Translations under genes and position numbers: made by a program
NCBI GenBank assembly: GCA_031549525.1
Contig: JAVBPQ010000060.1
Span: forward strand, 6,501 to 70,500
DNA length: 64,000 bases
Origin: Clostridiaceae bacterium
GTDB taxonomy: Bacteria; Bacillota; Clostridia; Clostridiales; Clostridiaceae
Reading direction: 5' to 3'
The notes under the pieces: model-generated
Seen by the model: the letters and a program-made list of their open reading frames with translations, nothing else
The model's database searches: none
Told to the model about the DNA's origin: nothing
Part shown: in pieces, positions 18,965-28,785 of the stretch
How the letters are laid out: each line of letters starts with the position of its first letter
Numbering within the stretch: position 1 is the stretch's first letter

Positions 18965-19816
18965 ATGAACATTATAGACCATGAATCACGTAAAATAAAT
19001 AATTATCCAAAAGTTTATAAAAAGTTTAAAGAACATTTTTCTAAAGTAAATGTTGGAAAAGTGGTATTTGATAATGAACATTTTGTGATAATAGCAGGAC
19101 CTTGTTCCGTGGAAAGCTATGATCAGATGATGGAAATTGCATCTTTAGTAAAAAATTCAGGAGCTCATATATTAAGAGGTGGCGCATTTAAGCCTAGAAC
19201 CTCACCTTATTCTTTCCAAGGGCTTAAGGAGGAAGGTCTTAAAATGCTGTTTGAAGCAGGAAAAGCGTATTTTTTGCCAATAGTGACTGAAGTTACATCT
19301 ATTGAGAATCTCCATATAGCTTTGAAATATACAGATATGATACAAATTGGTGCGAGGAATATGTATAACTATGAACTTCTTAAAGAAGCAGGAAAATGCA
19401 AAGTACCAGTTTTATTAAAGAGAAGTTTTCAAGCAAACCTTGATGAATTTCTCACATCTGCTGAATATATTCTTTCAGAAGGAAATGAGAATGTGGTACT
19501 TTGTGAGAGAGGGATAAGGACATTTGAAACAAGTTCAAGAAATACAACAGATTTAAATACCGTAATAATGGTGAAAGAGCGAACACATTTACCTATTATT
19601 GTGGATCCAAGCCATGCTACAGGATATTGGTATATGGTAGAAAAAATATCAAAGGCTTCAATGGTAGTAGGGGCAGATGGTGTGATGATAGAGGTGCATA
19701 ATTTTCCAGAAAGGGCACTTTCAGATGGAGAACAATCAGTAAAACCTGAATTATTTTCTTCAATAGTAGAAAATTTAAAAAAACTTTCAAAATTTGAAAA
19801 TAGAAGGATAGATTAA
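18965..19816 (+). CDS. aroF: 3-deoxy-7-phosphoheptulonate (DAHP) synthase, type I-beta
   Basis: [10 protein letters not shown]...[17 protein letters not shown]...IVDPSH matches the KDO8P-like DAHPS signatures. Confidence 0.8.
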   Translation: MNIIDHESRKINNYPKVYKKFKEHFSKVNVGKVVFDNEHFVIIAGPCSVESYDQMMEIASLVKNSGAHILRGGAFKPRTSPYSFQGLKEEGLKMLFEAGKAYFLPIVTEVTSIENLHIALKYTDMIQIGARNMYNYELLKEAGKCKVPVLLKRSFQANLDEFLTSAEYILSEGNENVVLCERGIRTFETSSRNTTDLNTVIMVKERTHLPIIVDPSHATGYWYMVEKISKASMVVGADGVMIEVHNFPERALSDGEQSVKPELFSSIVENLKKLSKFENRRID

Positions 19817-19820
19817 AGAG

Positions 19821-20888
19821 GTGCAATGTTTGGAAAGAATAACTATAAATTCTCACAATCATATTTATGATGTATATATAGGAAAGTCAATTATATCAGA
19901 AATTTTTAATATTCATAAAGAATTTTTAATAAATAAAAAGGTAATAATTATTACAGATAAAAATGTATATAAAATATACCATAAATATATTTTTGACGAG
20001 TTTTGTAAAATAGGATGTGAAAGTAAATTTATTATTTTAGATCCTGGTGAAAATAGCAAGGATTTAGAGAATATATATAGAATTTATAAAGAGTTAATAG
20101 AATTTAAAGTAAAACGAACTGATGTAATTATAGCTTTTGGTGGTGGAGTAGTAGGCGATATTTCAGGTTTTATAGCTTCAACGTATCTTAGAGGAGTAGA
20201 TTATGTACAAATCCCAACAACATTATTGTCACAAGTAGATTCAAGTATTGGAGGAAAAGTAGCTGTAAACTTTATGAAGATTAAAAATGTAGTAGGAAGT
20301 TTTTATAATCCTCGCTTTGTGATAATAGACATAGATCTATTATCTACATTAAGAAAAGAACAAATAATTGACGGATTAGGTGAAATAATAAAGTATTCTT
20401 TTATAAGCGATGAAGGTTTAATACAAACTCTTGAAGAGCATGATCTTAATACAATTAAAGATTGCTTTTTAAAGATCATCATCGATTGTATTAAGATTAA
20501 AAAATATTACGTTGAAAAAGATCCATACGATTTAAATGAAAGAAAGATTTTAAATTTTGGTCATACTTTTGCACATGCAATGGAAAGCTATTTAGGGTAT
20601 GAAAATATTTCCCATGGTATGGCAGTTGGATTCGGAATTTACATATTGTTAAAAAACTGCAATGCTTTAGGAATTATAAGCTGTAGTTTATTTAAGAGAT
20701 GTTTAAATTTACTTAATAAATATAATGTTTTAAGACAGGAAGGATTAGACACAAAGCATATTTTAGATTATGCATATAAAGATAAAAAATCAAGCAATAA
20801 AGAAATAGATATTATTTTGCTTCATGATATTGGCAAACCATATATTAAACGAATTGGACTTGATGAATTAAATATTTATTTAAGCTAA
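19821..20888 (+). CDS. aroB: 3-dehydroquinate synthase
   Basis: GGGVVGDISGF nucleotide motif, metal ligands in GEIIKY and HTFAHA. GTG start. Confidence 0.8.
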   Translation: MQCLERITINSHNHIYDVYIGKSIISEIFNIHKEFLINKKVIIITDKNVYKIYHKYIFDEFCKIGCESKFIILDPGENSKDLENIYRIYKELIEFKVKRTDVIIAFGGGVVGDISGFIASTYLRGVDYVQIPTTLLSQVDSSIGGKVAVNFMKIKNVVGSFYNPRFVIIDIDLLSTLRKEQIIDGLGEIIKYSFISDEGLIQTLEEHDLNTIKDCFLKIIIDCIKIKKYYVEKDPYDLNERKILNFGHTFAHAMESYLGYENISHGMAVGFGIYILLKNCNALGIISCSLFKRCLNLLNKYNVLRQEGLDTKHILDYAYKDKKSSNKEIDIILLHDIGKPYIKRIGLDELNIYLS

Positions 20889-20891
20889 GAA

Positions 20892-22187
20892 ATGGAGGGG
20901 AATTGTTTGAAGGTCATAAAGATTACACCATCAAAGTTAAGAGGTGAAATTGCGCTACCTTCATCAAAAAGTTTATGCCATAGAGTTATTACTGCATCTG
21001 CACTTTCAAAAGATGTAAGTACAATTTTTAATACGACTATGTCTGATGATATACGAGCGACCTGCGCAGCTCTTAAAGTGTTAGGAGCAAAGATCGATTC
21101 TTATGAAAATACGTTAAACGTAAAGGGTGTAAATGTAAAAAATTTAAATAGCAATTGTACAATTGACTGCAATGAGAGTGCCACGACTTTAAGATTTCTT
21201 ATTCCAATTGCCTTATTAAATTGTAAGGAAATTACTTTTAAGGGCAAATATTCACTTATGAAGAGAAGTATTGAACCTTATTTTGAGATATTAGATAGAT
21301 GTAAAATAAGCTATGAATGTAGCGATGAGAGAGATAAGATTAAATTTAGAGGACAGCTAAAGCCTGGAGATTACAAAATAAGAGGAGATGTAAGCTCTCA
21401 ATTTATATCAGGACTTTTATATGCGCTTCCCCTTTTAAATGGGAATTCTTCAATTGAGATAATAGATAAATACGAATCTATAGGATATGTAGATTTAACT
21501 TTAGATGTCTTAAATAGCTTTGGAATTAAAATTAAAAAAGATGGAGATAGAAAATTCTATATAAAAGGCAATCAAGAATATAAAGCTACAGAGTATGTGG
21601 TAGAAGGCGATGCTTCAAATGGTGCATTTTATCTGTGCGGCGGACTCCTTGGAGAGGAAGTTAAGTGCATACTTTTAAATCCTTATAGTATTCAACCTGA
21701 TATAAAGATATTGGATATAATAAAGAGCATGGGTGGGAAAATAGAAATTAAAGACAGTATAAAGACCTTTGAATCTAAATTGCATGGTATAACGCTAGAT
21801 ATGAGCAATTGTATAGACTTAGCACCTATAGTTGCAGTTTTAGGATGTGTTGCAGAAGGGAATACACTCATCACAAATATCTCAAGGCTTAGATATAAAG
21901 AGTGTGATAGGCTTAAAGCACTTTCCACAGAGCTATCAAAAATTGGAGCAGAAATATATGAAGGAAAGGATTATTTAAAAATAGTAGGAAAGGACTATTT
22001 AAATGGTGGGGAAGTAGATTCATGGGGAGATCATAGGATGGCTATGAGCCTTGCTATAGCATCTATAAAATGCAAAAACGATTTGCTAATAAATGGCGCA
22101 GAATCAGTGAACAAATCCTACCCTCATTTTTTCAAAGATTTTCAAACCCTAGGAGGTATCATAAATGAGTGGAGTGTGGGGGAATAG
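20892..22187 (+). CDS. aroA: 3-phosphoshikimate 1-carboxyvinyltransferase (EPSP synthase)
   Basis: LPSSKSLCHR, SSQFISGLL, RLRYKECDRL and DHRMAMS motifs. Confidence 0.85.
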   Translation: MEGNCLKVIKITPSKLRGEIALPSSKSLCHRVITASALSKDVSTIFNTTMSDDIRATCAALKVLGAKIDSYENTLNVKGVNVKNLNSNCTIDCNESATTLRFLIPIALLNCKEITFKGKYSLMKRSIEPYFEILDRCKISYECSDERDKIKFRGQLKPGDYKIRGDVSSQFISGLLYALPLLNGNSSIEIIDKYESIGYVDLTLDVLNSFGIKIKKDGDRKFYIKGNQEYKATEYVVEGDASNGAFYLCGGLLGEEVKCILLNPYSIQPDIKILDIIKSMGGKIEIKDSIKTFESKLHGITLDMSNCIDLAPIVAVLGCVAEGNTLITNISRLRYKECDRLKALSTELSKIGAEIYEGKDYLKIVGKDYLNGGEVDSWGDHRMAMSLAIASIKCKNDLLINGAESVNKSYPHFFKDFQTLGGIINEWSVGE

Positions 22188-23241
22188 AATAAAATATTCT
22201 ATTTTTGGCGAATCTCATGGGAACAAAATAGGCATTACCATACATGGATTGCCTGCAGGGATTTTAATAGATTTTTGCAAGATAGATAATGATTTAAGAA
22301 GAAGAAGTTCTATGGGCAAGTTTTATGCAACAGATAGAAAAGAGATGGATGAATATAAAATTATAAGTGGATTTTTAAATGGATATACCACTGGTGCACC
22401 TCTCACTGTTCTATTTGAAAACAAAGATATAAGGCAAAAGGACTATAGTTTGCTAGACGAGTTATTTAGACCAGGGCATTCAGATTATTCTGCATTTATT
22501 AAATATAAAAATTTTAATGATAAAGCTGGAGGAGGGCATTTTTCTGGGAGGATAACTGCCTCCTTAGTTTTTGCAGGCGCAATTGCAAAGCAGCTTTTAG
22601 GCGGGATAACCATAGTATCGCATATCTTGTCTATAGGAGATATACAAGATATAAGCTTACTGAATTTAGAAATTACTGAAGATATTTTGTATGAGTATTT
22701 AAAGAAAGATTTTCCTGTATCTTCTTTAGAAGTAGAGGAAAAAATGTTAGATAAAATATTAAGAGCAAAAGGTGAAGGTGATTCAGTAGGAGGAGTTATT
22801 GAAACCATAATCTATGGTATTCCTGCTGGTATTGGAGAGCCTTTTTTTAATTCTGTAGAGAGCACAATTTCATCACTAGTTTTTTCAATACCTGCTATTA
22901 AAGGCATTGAATTTGGCATGGGATTTGATATAACAAAATTAACAGGGAAATTTGCTAATGATGAGATGAAGATAGAAGATGAAAAGTTTAAATTTTGTTC
23001 AAACAATAATGGCGGTATTCTTGGAGGTATATCAAATGGAATGCCAATAGTATTTAAAGTTGCAGTTAAACCTACATCTTCCATAAGCATTCCACAAAAA
23101 ACTATAAATTATAAAATAAATGAAAATGCTACAATAGAACTCTCAGGAAGGCATGATCCATGCATTGTACCACGAGCTGTTGTTGTAGTTGAATCTGTTT
23201 CTGCTATGTCAATATTAGATTTAATAGGGGGATTTAATTGA
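22165..23241 (+). CDS. aroC: chorismate synthase
   Basis: FGESHG, RPGHSD, GGGHFSGR and GRHDPC motifs. Overlaps the aroA end by 23 nt. Confidence 0.85.
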   Translation: MSGVWGNRIKYSIFGESHGNKIGITIHGLPAGILIDFCKIDNDLRRRSSMGKFYATDRKEMDEYKIISGFLNGYTTGAPLTVLFENKDIRQKDYSLLDELFRPGHSDYSAFIKYKNFNDKAGGGHFSGRITASLVFAGAIAKQLLGGITIVSHILSIGDIQDISLLNLEITEDILYEYLKKDFPVSSLEVEEKMLDKILRAKGEGDSVGGVIETIIYGIPAGIGEPFFNSVESTISSLVFSIPAIKGIEFGMGFDITKLTGKFANDEMKIEDEKFKFCSNNNGGILGGISNGMPIVFKVAVKPTSSISIPQKTINYKINENATIELSGRHDPCIVPRAVVVVESVSAMSILDLIGGFN

Positions 23242-23504
23242 AAGAATTAGATTGTTTAAGAAAATCCATAGATGATCTAGATGAAACCATTGTGAGCTTA
23301 ATAGAAAATAGACTTTCACTCTCTAAAGAAATAAGCTTAATAAAGAAAAAATATGGTTATTTGACTTATGATAAAAAAAGAGAAGAAGAAGTTTTGAGGA
23401 GAGTTGTTAATCTATTAAAAGATAGAGATTTTGAAGCTAATATTGTAAATATATATAACTCTATAATGGATGAGAGCAAAAAAGTTCAAAATAGGAGGAA
23501 ATGA
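23238..23504 (+). CDS. chorismate mutase (AroQ-class, CM_2 fold)
   Basis: 88 aa. LRKSIDDLDETIVSLIENRLSLSKEI...R.EE helical pattern. TTG start overlapping the aroC stop. Confidence 0.7.
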   Translation: MKELDCLRKSIDDLDETIVSLIENRLSLSKEISLIKKKYGYLTYDKKREEEVLRRVVNLLKDRDFEANIVNIYNSIMDESKKVQNRRK

Positions 23505-23505
23505 A

Positions 23506-24294
23506 ATGAAGTTTGGACTTGTTGGAAAGACCTTAACCCATTCTCTTTCGCCTAAACTTCATAGGATAATATTGGATATAATAAAAAAAAATGGTCAATA
23601 CTTAATATTAGAAAGAGAAGAAGATGAAATTGAAAGTACCATAAAAAATTGCAAAAATGAAGGATATAAAGGGCTTAATATTACAATACCTTATAAAGCT
23701 CACATAATTAAATATCTTGATAAACTAAGTTATGAAGCTTGTAGCATTGGCGCTGTGAACACTGTAAAATTTACAGATAATGAAGTAATAGGCTTTAATA
23801 CTGATCTTGAAGGATTTAAAGAGAGCATAATAAGAAATAATATACCTTGGAGTGGAATTAAGGTCTTAATTTTAGGTACAGGGGGTGCATCAAAAGCTGT
23901 CAGTGCATTTTTTGAACTTAATAAAGAAAATAAAATATATTTTGCTTCACAGAGTAAAATTAAGGATGATGTCCTTTCTTACGATATGTTAAAAGACTTA
24001 TCTAATATGGACATCATAGTAAACTGTACTCCCTGTGGGATGTTCCCTCATATAGAAGAGATGCCTGTAACTAAAGATATACTAAAAAAATTTAAATATG
24101 CGGTAGATTTAATTTATAATCCTAAAGATACTCTGTTTCTAAGGTGCGCAAACAAGCTAGGTCTTAAATGTTTAAATGGGCTTGATATGCTCATATATCA
24201 AGGGATTAAAGCTCAAGAAATATGGAATGAAATTGAAATAGAAAAAGGTTTGGTAGATGAAATAATTAAATTATTTAAAAAGGAAATAGTATGA
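23506..24294 (+). CDS. aroE: shikimate dehydrogenase
   Basis: MKFGLVGKTLTHSLSPKLH, NITIPYK, NT and GTGGASKA motifs. I place the start at the ATG behind AGGAGG rather than the track start 23470. Confidence 0.8.
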   Translation: MKFGLVGKTLTHSLSPKLHRIILDIIKKNGQYLILEREEDEIESTIKNCKNEGYKGLNITIPYKAHIIKYLDKLSYEACSIGAVNTVKFTDNEVIGFNTDLEGFKESIIRNNIPWSGIKVLILGTGGASKAVSAFFELNKENKIYFASQSKIKDDVLSYDMLKDLSNMDIIVNCTPCGMFPHIEEMPVTKDILKKFKYAVDLIYNPKDTLFLRCANKLGLKCLNGLDMLIYQGIKAQEIWNEIEIEKGLVDEIIKLFKKEIV

Positions 24295-24809
24295 AAAATA
24301 TATATATCATTGGAATGCCTAATTCAGGAAAGACCACTATTGGAAAGATGGTCTCTTTAGATTTAAATATAAGATTTATAGATTTAGATGAATATATAGA
24401 AGAAAATACAAAGAGTTCTATTTCAGAGCTTTTTTGCTTTGGAGAAGAATATTTTAGAAAAGTTGAAACAGCATATTTAAAAGAGGTGTCTAAGCTTAAA
24501 GATAGCATGGTTTCTACAGGTGGCGGAATAATTATAAAGGATGAAAACTTAAATATATTGAGAAAAGGTGTGGTTATTTTCATCGATAGACCTATTGAAA
24601 TGTTAAAGATGAATTTAGCTTTAAATAATAGACCATTATTTAAAAATGGTATTAAGACTATTGAAGATTTATACAATGAGAGATATGATATCTATTTAAA
24701 AAATTGCCATCATCATTTAATAAATGATGATTCTATAGTTAAAATTGCAGAGGAAATAAAAAAAATAGTGAGGAAAAGAATTGAAAGTATTAGTAATCAA
24801 TGGACCTAA
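24291..24809 (+). CDS. aroK: shikimate kinase
   Basis: P-loop GMPNSGKTT and STGGG motif. ATGA overlap with aroE. Confidence 0.8.
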   Translation: MKNIYIIGMPNSGKTTIGKMVSLDLNIRFIDLDEYIEENTKSSISELFCFGEEYFRKVETAYLKEVSKLKDSMVSTGGGIIIKDENLNILRKGVVIFIDRPIEMLKMNLALNNRPLFKNGIKTIEDLYNERYDIYLKNCHHHLINDDSIVKIAEEIKKIVRKRIESISNQWT

Positions 24810-25215
24810 TATAAATATGCTTGGTGTGCGTGAGAGAAATATATATGGAGATGAAAGCTATGAAGCTTTAATTTTTAAGATAAAAGAGTGGAGTAAAATT
24901 TTAAATATACATACTGAAATTTTTCACTCAAATAGCGAAGGTTGCATAATAGATAAGATTCAGGAATCTTATGGCATATATGATGGAATGATTATAAATC
25001 CTGGGGCATATACTCACTATAGCATTGCAATCCTTGATGCTTTAAAATCAATTGAAATACCAATTGTGGAAGTCCATATTTCTAACATCCATAAAAGAGA
25101 AGAGTTTAGAAAAAAATCTGTGACTGCAGAAGGTGCAATGGGCATTATATCAGGATTTGGTCAATATAGTTATAAACTAGCTTTAGAAGCATTGATCAAT
25201 TTTAAAAACATATAG
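24781..25215 (+). CDS. aroQ: type II 3-dehydroquinate dehydratase
   Basis: VINGPNINMLGVRE, NPGAYTHYS and EVHISN motifs. TTG start. Confidence 0.8.
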   Translation: MKVLVINGPNINMLGVRERNIYGDESYEALIFKIKEWSKILNIHTEIFHSNSEGCIIDKIQESYGIYDGMIINPGAYTHYSIAILDALKSIEIPIVEVHISNIHKREEFRKKSVTAEGAMGIISGFGQYSYKLALEALINFKNI

Positions 25216-25399
25216 ATTCTTTGGAAAATTTAAGTCATTAAATGTAAATCAATATTGTGTACATGAAAAGATTTCATTCAATTTTGATAAAATGTCATGT
25301 TTTTAATAAAAAAATTTTTAAAATTAAATTTAGGTATTTAATTAATTGAAAATATGTATTATTATAGTTAAGTATGATAAATGAAAGGAGTTTTAGTCT

Positions 25400-26014
25400 A
25401 TGATATTACCTAAAAAAATTTTTGTATTTGTAGTTGTTATGTTGACACTTATAATGAGTTCCTGTTCAAATGGAAGTGGCTCTTTAGGCGGTGGTCCAAA
25501 GCCTCTAGTTACAATAACTATGGAAAATGGTGGAGTTATTGAAGTTGAACTTTATCCTGATAAAGCACCTAATACTGTTAACAACTTTATTTCCCTGATA
25601 AATAATAAATTTTATGATGGTTTAACGTTTCATAGGATTGAACCAGGGTTTGTTATTCAAGGTGGAGATCCAGAAGCAAAAGGTACAGGAGGTCCTGGAT
25701 ATAGGATAAAAGGTGAATTTTCAGATAATGGATTTGGCAAAAATGATTTGGAGCATACTGCAGGTGTTATTTCTATGGCAAGACAAAATGAGCCGCTTGA
25801 TTCTGCAGGAAGTCAGTTTTTTATAATGCTTCAAGATAATTCTTATTTAGATGGAAAGTATGCGGCTTTTGGAAAGGTAGTTAAAGGTACAGATGTGATT
25901 AATAAGATGGTAGAAGACTATCAAGCAAAATCTAATACTGATTATGCAAAGATGAAAACTGTAACTGTAAACACATATGGAGTTAATTATCCTGAACCTG
26001 AAAAAATTAAATAA
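25400..26014 (+). CDS. cyclophilin-type peptidyl-prolyl cis-trans isomerase, lipoprotein
   Basis: Signal peptide with lipobox MSSC; FHRIEPGFVIQGGDP and SQFFI cyclophilin motifs. Confidence 0.8.
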   Translation: MILPKKIFVFVVVMLTLIMSSCSNGSGSLGGGPKPLVTITMENGGVIEVELYPDKAPNTVNNFISLINNKFYDGLTFHRIEPGFVIQGGDPEAKGTGGPGYRIKGEFSDNGFGKNDLEHTAGVISMARQNEPLDSAGSQFFIMLQDNSYLDGKYAAFGKVVKGTDVINKMVEDYQAKSNTDYAKMKTVTVNTYGVNYPEPEKIK

Positions 26015-26162
26015 CTTGTTAATATGATTACTTTTCTTAGCTTTATATACATAATAAGGTAATATTTTAATAAAATTTATATTGATTTAATTTAATAAAT
26101 GAGCTATATTAGATTTACAAATATTGGAAATTTATTATTGATATAAGCTAGGAGGATTAAAA

Positions 26163-26804
26163 ATGGATAATGCACAGGAAAAAGTGTATAGCATTGGGGC
26201 TGTCTGTGAGGAGATTAAAAAAAGAGGATATAAAGATTTTGAAAATCACAACTTAAGATATTTAGAGAAAGTTTTAAAAGATCTAATAACCATAAGAAGA
26301 GATCAATATTTTAATAGAATTTACTATATAGATGACATAAATAAAATAGAAAAAATATTAAATTTAAAAGAACAAGGATTAAACTATAACGCTATAAAGA
26401 GTGTTCTTACATCAGAAGATAACAAAGAAACAAACTCTAAGATATTAGATGATGTTGAAATTTCTTATAAAGAAGAATTAGCATTTGAAGAGGTTGAATT
26501 TTCTGAAAATGAAAAAGAGGATACATCAATTCAAGTCAAAAACGGTTATGTAGATGAATTTAAAAATGTAATGCACAATATCATATTTTCTGGAATTGAA
26601 ACTTCTATAGCTCCTAAAATTGAAGAAATAAAGAGTGAGATTTTTAAATTACATGATCAAAATACGGATTTAAAACTTGTACTTGAAAATCAGCAAAATA
26701 ATCATTTTAAAGCATTAGATGAAAAGCTTATGAAGTGGAGACAAGAATCATTTTATGAAAATAATAAGAAAAAAGGCTTTATTAAAAAATTATTTGGAAA
26801 ATAA
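26163..26804 (+). CDS. putative MerR-like HTH protein with a coiled-coil C-terminal half
   Basis: N-terminal YSIGAVCEEI...NLRYLEK...R....R.Y resembles the MerR winged HTH. The C-terminal half is rich in E/K. The assignment is weak. Confidence 0.4.
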   Translation: MDNAQEKVYSIGAVCEEIKKRGYKDFENHNLRYLEKVLKDLITIRRDQYFNRIYYIDDINKIEKILNLKEQGLNYNAIKSVLTSEDNKETNSKILDDVEISYKEELAFEEVEFSENEKEDTSIQVKNGYVDEFKNVMHNIIFSGIETSIAPKIEEIKSEIFKLHDQNTDLKLVLENQQNNHFKALDEKLMKWRQESFYENNKKKGFIKKLFGK

Positions 26805-27055
26805 TAGAAGTATATTTTAATATTTTAAGAAAAAATAACAAGTAAATTCATAAAGCGACCATAGAAAAAGAAGTTATGGTAAACTGAATCAAATACTAGA
26901 ATATGTAAATGTACAGGTTTCCATGGTTTAGCTTTTATGAATTTATGACTCTTTGTCTTTTAATAGATTTATGATATAATGTATTATGATTTTCGTATAC
27001 TGTATGTGATCGACAGTTGATAAGTTAATATATTTAAATTTATAAAGGTGATATT

Positions 27056-27682
27056 ATGAATAGAAACAAAAATATTTCGATGGCTGTAATAAGAAGGCTT
27101 CCAAAATATTATAGATCCTTAGAAGGATTATTAAAAAATAATGTTGAGAGAATATCTTCTAAGGAGCTCAGTGAAAAAATAGGATTTACAGCTTCACAAA
27201 TAAGACAAGATTTAAATTGTTTTGGAGATTTTGGGCAGCAAGGATATGGATATAAAGTAAAGGATTTATTTCATGAAATTACTAATATATTAGGAATTAA
27301 CAAGACACATAATATCATAATAATAGGTGCTGGCAATCTAGGACATGCTCTTTCAAATTATGTGTATTCATCAAGATTTGGATTTGAGCTTAGTAGCATT
27401 TTTGATATTGATCCAAATAAAATTGGAAATAAATTAAACGATGTAGAAATATTAGATATTAATATGTTACCCGAATTTGCAAAAAAAAATAAAGTGGATA
27501 TTGCAACAATTTGCACTACTTCAACAAATGCACAGACTGTTTGTGATATTATTACATCTAATGGAATTAAATGTATTTGGAATTTCACTCCAGTTGACCT
27601 AAAGTATGATAATAGTGTAATATGTGAAAATGTTCATTTAATTGATAGCTTAATGACTTTAAGTTATTTGATTAATGAATAA
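27056..27682 (+). CDS. rex: redox-sensing transcriptional repressor Rex
   Basis: RRLPKYYR, SSKELSE..G.TASQIRQDL..FG and the Rossmann motif IIGAGNLG. Confidence 0.85.
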   Translation: MNRNKNISMAVIRRLPKYYRSLEGLLKNNVERISSKELSEKIGFTASQIRQDLNCFGDFGQQGYGYKVKDLFHEITNILGINKTHNIIIIGAGNLGHALSNYVYSSRFGFELSSIFDIDPNKIGNKLNDVEILDINMLPEFAKKNKVDIATICTTSTNAQTVCDIITSNGIKCIWNFTPVDLKYDNSVICENVHLIDSLMTLSYLINE

Positions 27683-27695
27683 ATTCACAACATAT

Positions 27696-27769
27696 GCACT
27701 TGTAGCTCAGCTGGATAGAGTGGTGGACTTCGAATCCATAGGTCGCAGGTTCGAACCCTGTCAAGTGCA
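27696..27769 (+). tRNA. tRNA-Arg (anticodon UCG)
   Basis: Hand-folded cloverleaf: acceptor GCACTTG/CAAGTGC, D arm GCTC-AGCTGGATA-GAGT, anticodon arm GTGGA-CTTCGAA-TCCAT, T arm GCAGG-TTCGAAC-CCTGT, discriminator A. No CCA is encoded. Confidence 0.85.
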
Positions 27770-27805
27770 CTATTTTTAGTAAGTATATATTCAAAGGTTA
27801 AAAAA

Positions 27806-27836
27806 CTGGTACTGCTATGGTGCTACCAGATTTTTT
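27806..27836 (+). terminator. intrinsic terminator after the tRNA
   Basis: CTGGTA...TACCAG hairpin followed by TTTTTT. Confidence 0.55.
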
Positions 27837-27999
27837 ATGTTAAAAATTAAAAATATAGTTGATTTCTATCTTACTTGATATTTTGATATCTTTCTAGTAA
27901 ACTTAATGAGTAATTAGTTAATAATTGGTTTAAATGTGATAAAACTGTTAAAATTAAAAATAATTTAGAGTCTACTATATTTTCGAAGGGGTTATTATT

Positions 28000-28782
28000 G
28001 TGATAAATGAAATAAAAGAGCTCTTTTCACATTATGAATTATTAAAAAATTTAACTATAAAGGATTTAAAATTGAAATATAAAAGTTCTATTTTAGGTTT
28101 TCTATGGTCATTTTTAAATCCCATAATGCAGCTTACTGTATATAGCTTTGTGTTTACATACATATTTCCTAATGATAGCATTAAAAATTTTACTATTTTT
28201 TTAGCTGCAGGGTTATTGCCTTGGATATTCTTTAATACATCAGTAATGATGGCTACATATTCTGTAAATAGTAATTCTAATTTGATTAAAAAGGTTTATT
28301 TTCCCCGTGAAATAATACCAATTTCATCAGTTCTTTTTAACTTCATAAATTTTGTAATATCTGTAGGCGTTTTATTGATATTTTTGATAATATATAATTA
28401 TTTTTCAATATATTTAATATGGCTTCCTTTTTTATTTGTTTTACTTGTTTTATTTACTATAGGATTATCATTAATACTTTCAGCATTAAATGCAAGATAC
28501 AGAGATATACAGCATTTGGTTGAAGTGATATTTTTGCCATGGATGTATATGACACCTATAATTTATTCTAGAGAGCTTTCTAATATTTCGCAAGTTATGA
28601 AAAATTTACTATTGTTAAATCCAATGACTTCAATTATTGAATGCATAAGAAGTGTTACATATGAGAGAACAAATCCAAATTTTAAGGAACTTATCTTATT
28701 TACTATCATTTCTGTCTTAGTGTTTTTAATAGGATTTAAGGTTTTTAAAACACATGAAAAGACGTTTGCAGAGGAGATTTAA
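28000..28782 (+). CDS. ABC-2 type polysaccharide/teichoic-acid export permease (Wzm/TagG-like)
   Basis: 260 aa, six hydrophobic segments. N-terminal L.NLTIKDLKLKYK.S.LGFLWSFLNP signature of ABC-2 exporters. GTG start. Confidence 0.8.
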   Translation: MINEIKELFSHYELLKNLTIKDLKLKYKSSILGFLWSFLNPIMQLTVYSFVFTYIFPNDSIKNFTIFLAAGLLPWIFFNTSVMMATYSVNSNSNLIKKVYFPREIIPISSVLFNFINFVISVGVLLIFLIIYNYFSIYLIWLPFLFVLLVLFTIGLSLILSALNARYRDIQHLVEVIFLPWMYMTPIIYSRELSNISQVMKNLLLLNPMTSIIECIRSVTYERTNPNFKELILFTIISVLVFLIGFKVFKTHEKTFAEEI

Positions 28783-28785
28783 GAG

